From: Salinivirgaceae bacterium
Lineage (GTDB): Bacteria; Bacteroidota; Bacteroidia; Bacteroidales; SZUA-534
NCBI GenBank assembly: GCA_016342715.1
Contig: JAEINW010000001.1
Span: 5,984-69,983 of the forward strand
DNA length: 64,000 nucleotides
Direction: 5' to 3'
The position numbers and the translations under genes were made by a program. A model generated the notes under the pieces. That model saw nothing but the letters and a program-made list of their open reading frames with translations, searched no databases and was not told the origin of the DNA. Positions within the stretch are counted from its first letter, which is position 1; each line of letters begins with the position of its first letter. Positions 37,425 through 47,157 of this stretch are shown one piece after another.

Positions 37425-39371
37425 ATGATAGCTCTTAAAAATTTAGATAAAAACAAATTATTAATAAATACATTTCAATTTACCCTGACCTTATGGATTT
37501 TTCGTATGGTTTTACCAGGTGTTAAGTATGTTTTTATTCCTACATTTTTGTTTTTTATTTTGTTAATTATTTCTACACAATCAAAATCAATCTTTAGAAG
37601 AGCCTATATTTTTGAGTTCCTAAAAACATTCAATCCATTATTAATTTTAGGAGTGTTCTTTTTCTTGGGGATTATAATCTCTGGTGAATTTTATAGTAGG
37701 GCATTTAAGGACATTTTTGAATATCTAATAAATCTATCCTTTTTAGTAATCTTTTTTGCTCTTACGCATCGTTCAAGAAAACAAGATGGCTTTTTAGCTG
37801 TTTTTAGAAGATTTGCTAAAATAATAAAAGGATCTTCTGTTATTATAGCAGTTCTGGGACTAACAAAATTTTCTTTACAACTTCTAAATTGGGACATGCC
37901 TCTTGACACTCCTTTTGGAACAGCTTTCAATCAGGATGTCAACTTTTATGCACTATATTCATTTCTTGGAGTAATTAGTTTTTATCCGCGCCTGGCAAAA
38001 GAAAACTTATTTAAAAAACGAATTACCGTTCAAATTTCTTTAGTAATATTGTTACTGAATATTATATTTTCTTTTTCATTCAGGTCTTTCTTTATACTAG
38101 GCTTTATTTTGCTAGTATTGATGTTTTTTCAAGTTTATATTATTATTAAAAGACATTCCATTCGAGTAAAATTATTAGCCCGAAATTTACGCTTACTGAC
38201 TGTTTTGTTGGTTTTGTTTTTTGTATCTGTTTTTTATGGAATTAATCAAAGTGAATCCTTATATCAAAATTTGGTTGAAATATATAATGAAGAAAACGCT
38301 ATTGATTTTAGAAATCAAGAAATAAAAGCGATAGCTCAAAACACATTCAATATAGATAAATGGGAGTATGCATTTGAAATCTTTCAATCTCAAAATTTAA
38401 TACAAAAACTATTTGGTAGAGGATTTAATTATTTTGAGGCTTACGGATTGAAATTTAATGGAGATAAAAACATTTATGATTATCCTCACAATCCCGTATT
38501 GTCAGCTTTATTATACTCTGGTATTATAGGTGCAATTTTTATCTTATTTTTCATATTCACATCTTTTTATTATTCTGTTTTATATTTTAAAAAGTATCCA
38601 TTATTTTCAATGATGCTTTTTGTAAGCCTCATGTTTGTATCCTTTAGCGGTAACAGTTTATTTAGTGTGCCCATCTTTTTATTTTTGTTTTCATTGTCTT
38701 TTTTAATTCGACATCAGGAAATTTCAGAACTAAAATTAGTGGTAAATATTAAAAAACCAGGAAGTAAATTTATAAAGGAGACATTCGACTATATTGTAGC
38801 TTCCATAGCCTTAGTAGCACTTTCTCCAATACTTATTATTTTAAGTTTCTTCATTGGCTTCACCATGGGATGGCCTGTAGTTTTTAGTCAGAAGCGTATT
38901 GGCCAAAATGGAAAATCATTTCGATTGCATAAATTTCGTAGTATGAAAAAATCAAAATCAAATACAACGGTTGCTGCACAAGAAATTAATAGAATAACTC
39001 GTTTAGGTAGAATTATGCGAAAGTACAAATTAGATGAGTTACCAGAATTATGGAATATTATAAGAGGGGATATGAGTTTTGTGGGTCCTAGACCAGATGT
39101 TCCCGGTTATGCCGATAAATTATCTGGAGAAGATAGAATTATTTTGGACTTAAAACCAGGACTTACTGGCGCAGCTTCATTAAAATATATGCACGAAGAA
39201 GAATTACTTGCTAAACAAGAAGATCCACAAAAATATAACGATGAAGTGATTTTCCCTGATAAAGTATATGTAAATAAAAAGTATATGGAAAAGTGGAATC
39301 TTTGGTTGGATATTAAAATTATTATTTATACTGCCATGGGTAAATCTATGGATGAAAATTATTTTTTATAG
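37425..39371 (+). CDS. Fusion protein: Wzy_C/O-antigen-ligase-like membrane domain + PglC/WbaP-C-type monotopic phosphoglycosyl transferase
   Basis: Residues 1-~430 are polytopic with YDYPHNPVLSALLYSGIIG. Residues ~443-648 carry the bacterial sugar transferase motifs KFRSMKK and LDELPELWNIIRGDMSFVGPRPDVPGY. The ORF is uninterrupted. Confidence 0.75.
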   Translation: MIALKNLDKNKLLINTFQFTLTLWIFRMVLPGVKYVFIPTFLFFILLIISTQSKSIFRRAYIFEFLKTFNPLLILGVFFFLGIIISGEFYSRAFKDIFEYLINLSFLVIFFALTHRSRKQDGFLAVFRRFAKIIKGSSVIIAVLGLTKFSLQLLNWDMPLDTPFGTAFNQDVNFYALYSFLGVISFYPRLAKENLFKKRITVQISLVILLLNIIFSFSFRSFFILGFILLVLMFFQVYIIIKRHSIRVKLLARNLRLLTVLLVLFFVSVFYGINQSESLYQNLVEIYNEENAIDFRNQEIKAIAQNTFNIDKWEYAFEIFQSQNLIQKLFGRGFNYFEAYGLKFNGDKNIYDYPHNPVLSALLYSGIIGAIFILFFIFTSFYYSVLYFKKYPLFSMMLFVSLMFVSFSGNSLFSVPIFLFLFSLSFLIRHQEISELKLVVNIKKPGSKFIKETFDYIVASIALVALSPILIILSFFIGFTMGWPVVFSQKRIGQNGKSFRLHKFRSMKKSKSNTTVAAQEINRITRLGRIMRKYKLDELPELWNIIRGDMSFVGPRPDVPGYADKLSGEDRIILDLKPGLTGAASLKYMHEEELLAKQEDPQKYNDEVIFPDKVYVNKKYMEKWNLWLDIKIIIYTAMGKSMDENYFL

Positions 39372-39481
39372 TATGTCTGGTTAAATGTATTTCACTATTT
39401 ATTTCCTATCATCATATTGAATAAATTATTTATATTTACCGACTTTTAAATCGTGTATTATTAAGGATTGAGGGATATAGA

Positions 39482-40615
39482 ATGAAAGATAAAATATGGT
39501 TATCATCTCCACATATGAGTGGAAATGAGAAAAAATACATAGATAGTGCATTTGAAGAAAACTGGATTGCCCCGGCTGGGCCAAACATTGCAGGATTTGA
39601 AAATGAGTTAGGTGAATATTTAGGACTCCCTCATGTAGCAGCTTTAACAACAGGAACGGCTGCAATTCATATAGCCTTGATGCTAGTTGGTGTTGGTAAT
39701 GGCGATGAAGTTTTGGCCCCAACCTTTACCTTTGCTGCCACTATTAATCCAATTATGTACTTAGGGGCTACTCCTATTCATGTGGATAGTGATTTTGAAT
39801 CTTGGAATATGAATCCTGAGTTGCTTGAAAAGGCTATAAAGGATAGAATTGTAAAAGGGAAAAAGCCAAAAGCTATTATTATAGTTCATTTATATGGAAT
39901 GCCTGCTAAAATGAAAGCCATTATGGAGATTTCAGAAAAATATGAAATTCCTGTAATTGAGGATGCAGCGGAAGCTCTAGGTAGTGAATATATGGATCAA
40001 CGATGTGGCACTTTTGGAGAATATTCTATTCTTTCGTTTAATGGAAATAAAATAATTACAACCAGTGGTGGGGGCGCTCTAATTTCAAGAAAAAAAGATG
40101 GAATAGCTAAAGCAAAATTCTTAGCAACTCAGGCAAAGGATGAAGCCCCTCATTATCAACATTCTGAAATTGGATATAACTATAGAATGAGTAATATAGT
40201 TGCTGGCATTGGTCGTGGCCAATTAGAAGTTATAAATTTACGGGTTAAACAGCGACGAGCAATTCATGATTTTTATGTTTCACGATTGGGAAAAATTAGT
40301 GGAATTGAATTTTTAAAAGAAAGACCTGGAGCTTTTTCAAATTTTTGGTTAACCACTATTTTGGTTGATCCTGAAAAAACAGGAGGTGTTAGCCGTGAAC
40401 ACATTCGTTTAGCGCTTGAGGAAAAAAACATTGAAACACGACCGCTATGGAAGCCCATGCATATGCAACCTATTTTTGAAAAGTACCCAAAATATGTGGA
40501 CGGTACTTCAGAAAAATTATTTGAAAATGGATTATGTCTTCCTTCAGGCTCAAATATGACTGATGAGCAAAAAGAACGAGTAGTATCAAATATTATAAAG
40601 GTATTAAATCGTTAA
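39482..40615 (+). CDS. DegT/PglE/WcfR-type sugar 4-aminotransferase
   Basis: TTGTAAIHIAL, EDAAEALGSEY, SFNGNKIITTSGGGAL. Confidence 0.85.
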   Translation: MKDKIWLSSPHMSGNEKKYIDSAFEENWIAPAGPNIAGFENELGEYLGLPHVAALTTGTAAIHIALMLVGVGNGDEVLAPTFTFAATINPIMYLGATPIHVDSDFESWNMNPELLEKAIKDRIVKGKKPKAIIIVHLYGMPAKMKAIMEISEKYEIPVIEDAAEALGSEYMDQRCGTFGEYSILSFNGNKIITTSGGGALISRKKDGIAKAKFLATQAKDEAPHYQHSEIGYNYRMSNIVAGIGRGQLEVINLRVKQRRAIHDFYVSRLGKISGIEFLKERPGAFSNFWLTTILVDPEKTGGVSREHIRLALEEKNIETRPLWKPMHMQPIFEKYPKYVDGTSEKLFENGLCLPSGSNMTDEQKERVVSNIIKVLNR

Positions 40616-40634
40616 GGTTTTTTATCGACATAGA

Positions 40635-41912
40635 ATGAATGTTAAATCAGCAATAAAGAAGTCTGTATCTTCTTCAATTTTTAAGAATTTATCAGTTCTT
40701 GTAGTAGGGACCATCATTGCTCAGTTAGTAGTAATTGCTTTCCAAATAGTTATTAGGCGTATTTATTCGCCAGAAGATTTTGGAGCTTTTGCTGTGTATA
40801 TGAGTATTCTAGGAATGGTTGCAACCATAGCTTCATTGAGATATGAACAAACCATAATATTACCTAAAGAGAAGGTAAAAGCGAGGGCCTTATTGAGCTT
40901 GTCAATTTTAATTGCCTTTTTATTTTCATTCATTGTTTTTTTATTGGTGATTCTATTTAAAACACAAATAGTGGCTCTCTTGGGATTATCTGAGCAATAT
41001 GGTACGTGGTTGTTTTTTATTCCAATTTCTGTTTTTCTTTTTTGTTCGTATCAGGCTATAAACTTTTATTTGATACGGGAGAAACAATTTACAGTATCCG
41101 CATCAAATAAAGTAATTCGTCGATTATCTGAAGGGTCTGTACAATCTCTATTTGGAACCTTGGGATCATCCTTTGGCCTTTTTGTTGGAGATATGATTGG
41201 TCAAGGTGCTATGATTTGTAGGGCAGTTTTTGTTAATAAGAAAGTATTTAAAAATAAAATAAGCTTTCATAATCTAACGGAGGTTGCTTTACGATATAAA
41301 GATTTTCCATTAAAAAATGGGATACCTTCAATTTTGAACAGCATCAGTTTATTGTTGCCGGTTATTCTAATAAATCGTTTTTTTAGTGAAGAAATTACCG
41401 GTTTTTTTGACTTAGCCCGGATGGTATTAATTATTCCCTTATCCTTGGTTACAGCCTCTTTATCTCAAGTGCTCTTGCAACGATTCACCGAAAAACGAAA
41501 TAATAAACAATCCATTGTAAAAGATTCCTTAGGAATTGTTGCTTTTCTACTGCTTTTTTCAACAAGTTTTATTTTGATCATTGAACTTTTTGGACCTAAA
41601 TTATTTGAGTTTATTTTTGGAAATGAGTGGATTGAATCAGGAAATTATGCAAAAATTTTGGTTTGGGCATTCGGATTAAAATTTATAATTTCACCCTTTA
41701 ATGTTTCTTTCACAGCATTTGAACGAATAGGAGTAGGTTCATTATGGCAAACCTTCTATTTTGCTTTAATAATTTCATTAATTTTTATTCCTCATGACAA
41801 CATTGTGCAATTTCTTAGAAACTATTTAATCATAGAGATTGTTGCTTATGTATTCGCAGCAATAATGAATGTTACAATTATAGCTAATTATGAGAATAGT
41901 TTGAAGATATGA
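40635..41912 (+). CDS. Second Wzx-type oligosaccharide flippase
   Basis: 425 aa, polytopic. N-terminal block IFKNLSVLVVGTIIAQLVVIAFQIVIRRIYSPEDFGAF is typical of RfbX/Wzx. Confidence 0.65.
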   Translation: MNVKSAIKKSVSSSIFKNLSVLVVGTIIAQLVVIAFQIVIRRIYSPEDFGAFAVYMSILGMVATIASLRYEQTIILPKEKVKARALLSLSILIAFLFSFIVFLLVILFKTQIVALLGLSEQYGTWLFFIPISVFLFCSYQAINFYLIREKQFTVSASNKVIRRLSEGSVQSLFGTLGSSFGLFVGDMIGQGAMICRAVFVNKKVFKNKISFHNLTEVALRYKDFPLKNGIPSILNSISLLLPVILINRFFSEEITGFFDLARMVLIIPLSLVTASLSQVLLQRFTEKRNNKQSIVKDSLGIVAFLLLFSTSFILIIELFGPKLFEFIFGNEWIESGNYAKILVWAFGLKFIISPFNVSFTAFERIGVGSLWQTFYFALIISLIFIPHDNIVQFLRNYLIIEIVAYVFAAIMNVTIIANYENSLKI

Positions 41913-43042
41913 CGATAAAAGTTTGCCATTTAACATCGGTTCATCCGCCTTTTGATATACGAATATTTTATAAGGAATGTATTAGTCTTGCAAAGAATGG
42001 ATATGAAGTGTCTCTTATTGCTCCTATAGAATCAGAAGTAATAAAAGAAAATATAGAAATTATCCCTATTCATTTACCCAAAAGTAGATTAAAAAGAATG
42101 CTTCAGGTTTCTTTTAAAATGTTCAGATTGGCAATGAAGCAAAAAGCAAAAGTTTACCATTTTCACGATCCTGAATTAATGCTTTGTGGTGCAATGTTAA
42201 AGTTTTCAGGAAAAAAAGTTATTTACGATATCCATGAGAACAATCGTTTAACCATACTGGATAAAGAGTATTTAAATAAATTCTCACGAAAATTATTAGC
42301 TGCAAGCTATTACCTGATTGAAAAATTTTTCAACTTATTTTATGATCAGTTGGTTTTGGCTTTATCGGAAGAAACCTATGAAAAATACTATTCCAAACGA
42401 AATTCAACTGTAGTTTTGAATTTCCCCTTACCCTTGAAGTTGAAAGAAATCTCTAGGAAAAATGACAAAGATGGCTGTATTCGGCTGATTTATGTAGGAG
42501 TTATACATGAAACCAGAGGCATCTTTGAAATGCTAAAATTAGCAGGCGAAATAAAAAGAAAGGGAAGAAAGGTTCTTTTGGATCTGGTGGGGCAGGTTCG
42601 TCCCGATTCATTGATGGCTGAAATTGATAATTTTAAAATTGAGTATGACTTAAATGATGAAATTGTAATGCATGGATTTGTTAATGCACCCATAGTTTCT
42701 GAATTCATTTCAAAAGCACATTTTGGCTTAGCTTTTCTTTTTCCTTTTGTACGATATCAGGAAGCTTTACCCACAAAATTTTTTGAATATATGCAACAAG
42801 GACTCCCTGTTATAGCAAATGATTACCCCTTGTATAGAAAATATGTTGAAGATTTGAACCTTGGAATAAATGTAGATACTCGTGATTTAGAAAGTGCTGC
42901 ATTAAAAGTAATTGAACTTTCCGATAATAAAGAAAAACTTCAAGCTATGAGAGAAAAAGGTATTTCATTTACATCGTTTGAATTTAATTGGGCGAGTCAA
43001 GAGAAAAAGTTACTTTCTTTGTATCAAAAATTAACCAAATAG
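41909..43042 (+). CDS. Glycosyltransferase family 4
   Basis: EALPTKFFEYMQQGLPVIAND. ATGA overlap with the upstream gene. Confidence 0.75.
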   Translation: MTIKVCHLTSVHPPFDIRIFYKECISLAKNGYEVSLIAPIESEVIKENIEIIPIHLPKSRLKRMLQVSFKMFRLAMKQKAKVYHFHDPELMLCGAMLKFSGKKVIYDIHENNRLTILDKEYLNKFSRKLLAASYYLIEKFFNLFYDQLVLALSEETYEKYYSKRNSTVVLNFPLPLKLKEISRKNDKDGCIRLIYVGVIHETRGIFEMLKLAGEIKRKGRKVLLDLVGQVRPDSLMAEIDNFKIEYDLNDEIVMHGFVNAPIVSEFISKAHFGLAFLFPFVRYQEALPTKFFEYMQQGLPVIANDYPLYRKYVEDLNLGINVDTRDLESAALKVIELSDNKEKLQAMREKGISFTSFEFNWASQEKKLLSLYQKLTK

Positions 43043-43045
43043 TAA

Positions 43046-44032
43046 ATGGGAATTAGTGTTGTTATACCCTGTTTTAATGAAGAACAATATATTGAATCAT
43101 GCTTGAATTCAATATTGGAAAATGGTTTTCCACTGGAAGCACTTGAAATATTAGTTGTGGATGGGGGTAGCAATGATGATACGCTTACAATTTTACGAAA
43201 AATATCACAAAAGTATCCAATAATTAAAATACTTGATAATAAGCATAAAGTAACGCCATATGCATTAAATATGGGTATTGAGCATGCTTCAAATGCCTAC
43301 ATTATGGTAGCTGGAGCACATGCCATTTATCCAAATAATTATCTTAATTCACTATATGAAACCATTCAAAACCCTGAAATAGATATCATTGGCGGGGCTA
43401 TTGAAACGGTAACGAAACATTCAAATAAAAAATCGAATTCAATTAAATATGTTTTGTCTCATCCCTTAGGAGTTGGTAATGCAATGTTTCGAATTGGGGC
43501 AAAAGAATTGGTTCCAGTTGATACGGTGCCCTTTGGCTTGTATCCCAAAAACTTATTTAGCAAAGTTGGGAATTACAATGTAAAACTTATTCGAAATCAT
43601 GACATGGAGCTATCAAAGAGAATTATTGCGAATGGTTACAAAATTTGGATGGATCCAAGTAAAAAAGTAAAATACTTTGCTCGAGAAACCTATTCAGGCT
43701 TGTTTGAAAATAATTATGCTAATGGTTTTTGGAATATAAAAACGGTTTGGATAACCAAAAACTTTAAGTCATTAAGTTTCCGGCATTTTGTGCCATTAAT
43801 TTTTGTATTGTCTCTATTTTTACCTTTAATTGGAATGATATTTTATAAATATCTTGTGCTAATAAGCCTTTTATCTATAGCTTTGTATTTATTTAGTGTT
43901 GTTGCTATTGCTTTACGAGGGACTGAAAATACCGCAGTTGTTTCTATAATAAAATCATTTTTTGTTCTGCATTTTTCTTATGGAATGGGATCCTTAATGG
44001 CTATTTTTTCATTAGTAAATTTTCGAAAATAG
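43046..44032 (+). CDS. Glycosyltransferase family 2 with C-terminal membrane anchor
   Basis: SVVIPCFNEEQYI, VVDGGSNDDT, hydrophobic C-terminal ~90 aa. Confidence 0.8.
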   Translation: MGISVVIPCFNEEQYIESCLNSILENGFPLEALEILVVDGGSNDDTLTILRKISQKYPIIKILDNKHKVTPYALNMGIEHASNAYIMVAGAHAIYPNNYLNSLYETIQNPEIDIIGGAIETVTKHSNKKSNSIKYVLSHPLGVGNAMFRIGAKELVPVDTVPFGLYPKNLFSKVGNYNVKLIRNHDMELSKRIIANGYKIWMDPSKKVKYFARETYSGLFENNYANGFWNIKTVWITKNFKSLSFRHFVPLIFVLSLFLPLIGMIFYKYLVLISLLSIALYLFSVVAIALRGTENTAVVSIIKSFFVLHFSYGMGSLMAIFSLVNFRK

Positions 44033-44899
44033 ATGGGGTATATAGAGAGATATCAGGACTTACTTAAAAAGCAAAATATTAATTACTTCTCAACGGGAAA
44101 GGTATTGTTTCGTGAATATAATAAGATAATTGTGCCCTTGGGACCCATTCTTCAAGATAAGGACCAGTATTCTAATTTTAGTGTTAATGATCTTAAAGGC
44201 TTGAAAGGTTTTTTAATTTGGTGGTCATATACATCAGAAAAAGAAAGTGAATGGTATGGGGTTATTAAAGATTCCTATTTTGATATTTCTGACTATAAAT
44301 CTTCAAATGTTAGAAATCAAATTAAAAAAGGATTGAAAAATAATCAGATAAAAAAATTGGATATTGATTATTTACTTGAAAATGGTTATTCCACCTATAA
44401 ATCGGCATTAAAAAGGTTCACCTCGGTAGATAAAATTATTTGTGAGGAAACCTTTGTAAGAAATATTTCGGCATTTAAAGGTTTTAATGATATCATTGAT
44501 ATTTGGGGTATTTTTCAAGACGAAGCTTTTGTAGGCTATTCAATAATATATACCTACGATAAAATTGAAGCAAATATTTCTGAAGTAAGAATAAATCCAG
44601 CCTATCAAAAAATGTATCCTTCATATGCATTATTTCATATGCTTCAAGAATATTATCTAAAGGAAAAAGGCTTTGATTATGTTAGTGATGGATACAGAAG
44701 TGTAAGTCATGAAACAAAAATCCAAGATCTATTGATTGATAAATTTGGATTTCGCAAGCTATACTTGTCATTAAACCTTCATATTGTAAAACCTCTTAAA
44801 TGGATATTTGAGATGCTTTTTTATGTGCGAGGTGTATTTGTAATAAAAAAAATTGAACCCGTAATTCGATTAATGAGCCATGCAAAAAACAATGAATGA
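44033..44899 (+). CDS. Hypothetical protein, possibly a FemAB/GNAT-fold acyl- or aminoacyl-transferase
   Basis: Weak resemblance only: SSNVRNQIKKGLKNNQIKKL-type segment and a C-terminal GNAT-like core (FVGYSIIY...YPSYALFHMLQEY). Confidence 0.3.
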   Translation: MGYIERYQDLLKKQNINYFSTGKVLFREYNKIIVPLGPILQDKDQYSNFSVNDLKGLKGFLIWWSYTSEKESEWYGVIKDSYFDISDYKSSNVRNQIKKGLKNNQIKKLDIDYLLENGYSTYKSALKRFTSVDKIICEETFVRNISAFKGFNDIIDIWGIFQDEAFVGYSIIYTYDKIEANISEVRINPAYQKMYPSYALFHMLQEYYLKEKGFDYVSDGYRSVSHETKIQDLLIDKFGFRKLYLSLNLHIVKPLKWIFEMLFYVRGVFVIKKIEPVIRLMSHAKNNE

Positions 44900-46175
44900 T
44901 ATAAAGAATACAATAAATAGTAAAAATCTATTTTTTGCTTCAGGAATGCTACTTGCATTTGTTATTCCCTTTAATCAAAAGGTAGTAAGTTTGTTAATAG
45001 GTGTTTTCATTATTATGGGAGCTATTTTGGCCATTCGAAGTAAAACTCAAATTATTTGGAAATATAAGATCCCATATTTGGTGTTAATTTCTTTTTATCT
45101 GATTCACTTATTAAGTGTTTTAAAAGGAATTTCTGATCCACATTTTACTGACTTAGAGGTTAAATTAAGCTTTATTATATTTCCCTTGTTGTTTATTTTT
45201 TTACCAATAGTGAGGAGTAATATTGATAAAAACATATACAAGGCCTTTCTTGTCGGCGTTATTCTTGTATTTTTTATATGTTTGGTAAATGCCTTTCGTC
45301 ACTCAATAGAATTAGATAACTGGCAGTTCAATCCAAATGTAATTGGAGGACATAATTATTTTTTATACAGTTTATTCTCAACTTTTACACATCCAAGTTA
45401 CAATACCATGTTTTCTTCATTGGCTTTTGCTTTTCTATTGTATGTTGGAGCAAAAAATAATTTTAAAAAATTATGGTTATATTATTTAATTGGAGGAATA
45501 ATAGTTATTAATGTTTATTTATTGTCCTCAAGGGCAGGTACTTACGCCTTCTTTGCAATGTTGTATTTTTCAGCCTTGTCTTTTTATTTATGGCGTCGGA
45601 ATCTCTTGAAGTTTATACTATTTTTAATTGCAATTACAATTTTATTTTTTTGTTTTCAAAAAATTAATCCAAGAGTAGTTCATTTTTCAAAAAATGTAGA
45701 GAAGCAAGTTTTAATTGCAAAAAGTGAAGGTTTAAGTAAAGCAAGTGTTGCTGATGTAAATGTTCGCTGGGCTTATTGGAAAGCCGGACTAAGTATGGCA
45801 TCTTCGAATTGGGCTACAGGGGTGGGCGTTGGAAATGTTTTTCAAAAAAGATTAAATAAATATGAAGAATTTGGTTTAGAGGAAGGCGTGGATAAAAAGC
45901 ACAATTTTCATAATCAATATATGGAAACATTGGTAGGAACAGGGGTAATAGGCTTGTCTTTATTATTAAGCATATTTTTTATAGCATTATGGCGTGGTAT
46001 AAAATATAAAGACTACCTGCTGGTAAGTTTTTCAATTATTGTTGGCATTAACTTGTTGTTTGAATCGATGCTTATGATGTCGTCAGGTTCTATATTTACT
46101 GCCTTTTTTTATTGTTTACTCATATCTAAATCTGAAATTAGTATAGTTGAACATAAAAAAAAGCTACCTAAGTAG
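44880..46175 (+). CDS. O-antigen ligase (Wzy_C) family membrane protein
   Basis: Polytopic, with LLSSRAG and a periplasmic-loop block HNFHNQYMETLVGTGVIG. Confidence 0.65.
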   Translation: MQKTMNDIKNTINSKNLFFASGMLLAFVIPFNQKVVSLLIGVFIIMGAILAIRSKTQIIWKYKIPYLVLISFYLIHLLSVLKGISDPHFTDLEVKLSFIIFPLLFIFLPIVRSNIDKNIYKAFLVGVILVFFICLVNAFRHSIELDNWQFNPNVIGGHNYFLYSLFSTFTHPSYNTMFSSLAFAFLLYVGAKNNFKKLWLYYLIGGIIVINVYLLSSRAGTYAFFAMLYFSALSFYLWRRNLLKFILFLIAITILFFCFQKINPRVVHFSKNVEKQVLIAKSEGLSKASVADVNVRWAYWKAGLSMASSNWATGVGVGNVFQKRLNKYEEFGLEEGVDKKHNFHNQYMETLVGTGVIGLSLLLSIFFIALWRGIKYKDYLLVSFSIIVGINLLFESMLMMSSGSIFTAFFYCLLISKSEISIVEHKKKLPK

Positions 46176-46177
46176 CT

Positions 46178-47134
46178 TTAAATTATTTTTTCTTTTGATT
46201 TTTTTAGCTGGTTTATAATAAATTTCCGTTGGTCAAAGAATAATATAACTAAAAACCCCAACAATAGAGAAATTTTAGCAAATGTTATCATCAATGCCAT
46301 CACATTGTTTTCTTCTTTTGTAGGCACTGAAAAATCAAGAATAATTTCAAAAGGATCTTTATTTAGAAACAAATCTCTTTCAATTTTTTGCTGCTCTCTA
46401 ACCAATGCTAAAACATCCTGATGATATAATTTTGTTTCTTTTTCACCTAACAAAATCATATCTCCTAATTTTGCTGTTGTAGGCTTGTTTTTTTCGAAAT
46501 ATTCCATACGTTTCAAACTATCTAATTCAGCAATTTCATTCTTTAGCTTTGGAATTATTTCTTCCATTTGTTGCAACCGAATCTGATTTCTTTCAATTAC
46601 TCGTTTATTTTTTGATAGATAATCAATAACTTTTGTATTTATTTTTGCAATCATTGAAGTGTCAAAAACTTCAACTAGGATACAAAACTTACCATAAATC
46701 CGTTGCTTCATTATTGTGGTATCCATCTTGTCAAGGTTTTTTAAATCTTCAACCATATCCCAATTTCCATCACCATTTATATCTAACAAATAAGTAGCTC
46801 CAATCGTTTTTATTTTTTCTAATTCGTCTTCTGTAAATTCTGAGGTGTAATTCCAGTTATTTATGCTTTGTATAACTTCTATATTATTAATGGTGTGTGA
46901 ATAACCAATCATTTCGCTATGGTAATAAAGATTAGTTACTTTGTGACTTATATATCCCCCGATGATTCCTAAAACAATAAACAACGCAAACCAAAGTGCA
47001 TTTCTAACAAAGAAATAGAATACCTTTAAGACAATATTGAATAAGCAATTGATTTGCTTTCCGAACCAATTTCCAATATTCGAGAATAATTCTATGAGAT
47101 CAATTTCTTGAGGTGTGTTTTTATTTTCTGACAT
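46178..47134 (-). CDS. Wzz/PCP-like chain-length-determinant candidate
   Basis: N-terminal QEIDLIELF followed by a transmembrane segment, a long coiled-coil-rich soluble region, and a C-terminal transmembrane segment. Confidence 0.5.
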   Translation of the reverse strand: MSENKNTPQEIDLIELFSNIGNWFGKQINCLFNIVLKVFYFFVRNALWFALFIVLGIIGGYISHKVTNLYYHSEMIGYSHTINNIEVIQSINNWNYTSEFTEDELEKIKTIGATYLLDINGDGNWDMVEDLKNLDKMDTTIMKQRIYGKFCILVEVFDTSMIAKINTKVIDYLSKNKRVIERNQIRLQQMEEIIPKLKNEIAELDSLKRMEYFEKNKPTTAKLGDMILLGEKETKLYHQDVLALVREQQKIERDLFLNKDPFEIILDFSVPTKEENNVMALMITFAKISLLLGFLVILFFDQRKFIINQLKKSKEKII

Positions 47135-47157
47135 AATTTAATTTTGTTAATTTGAGC

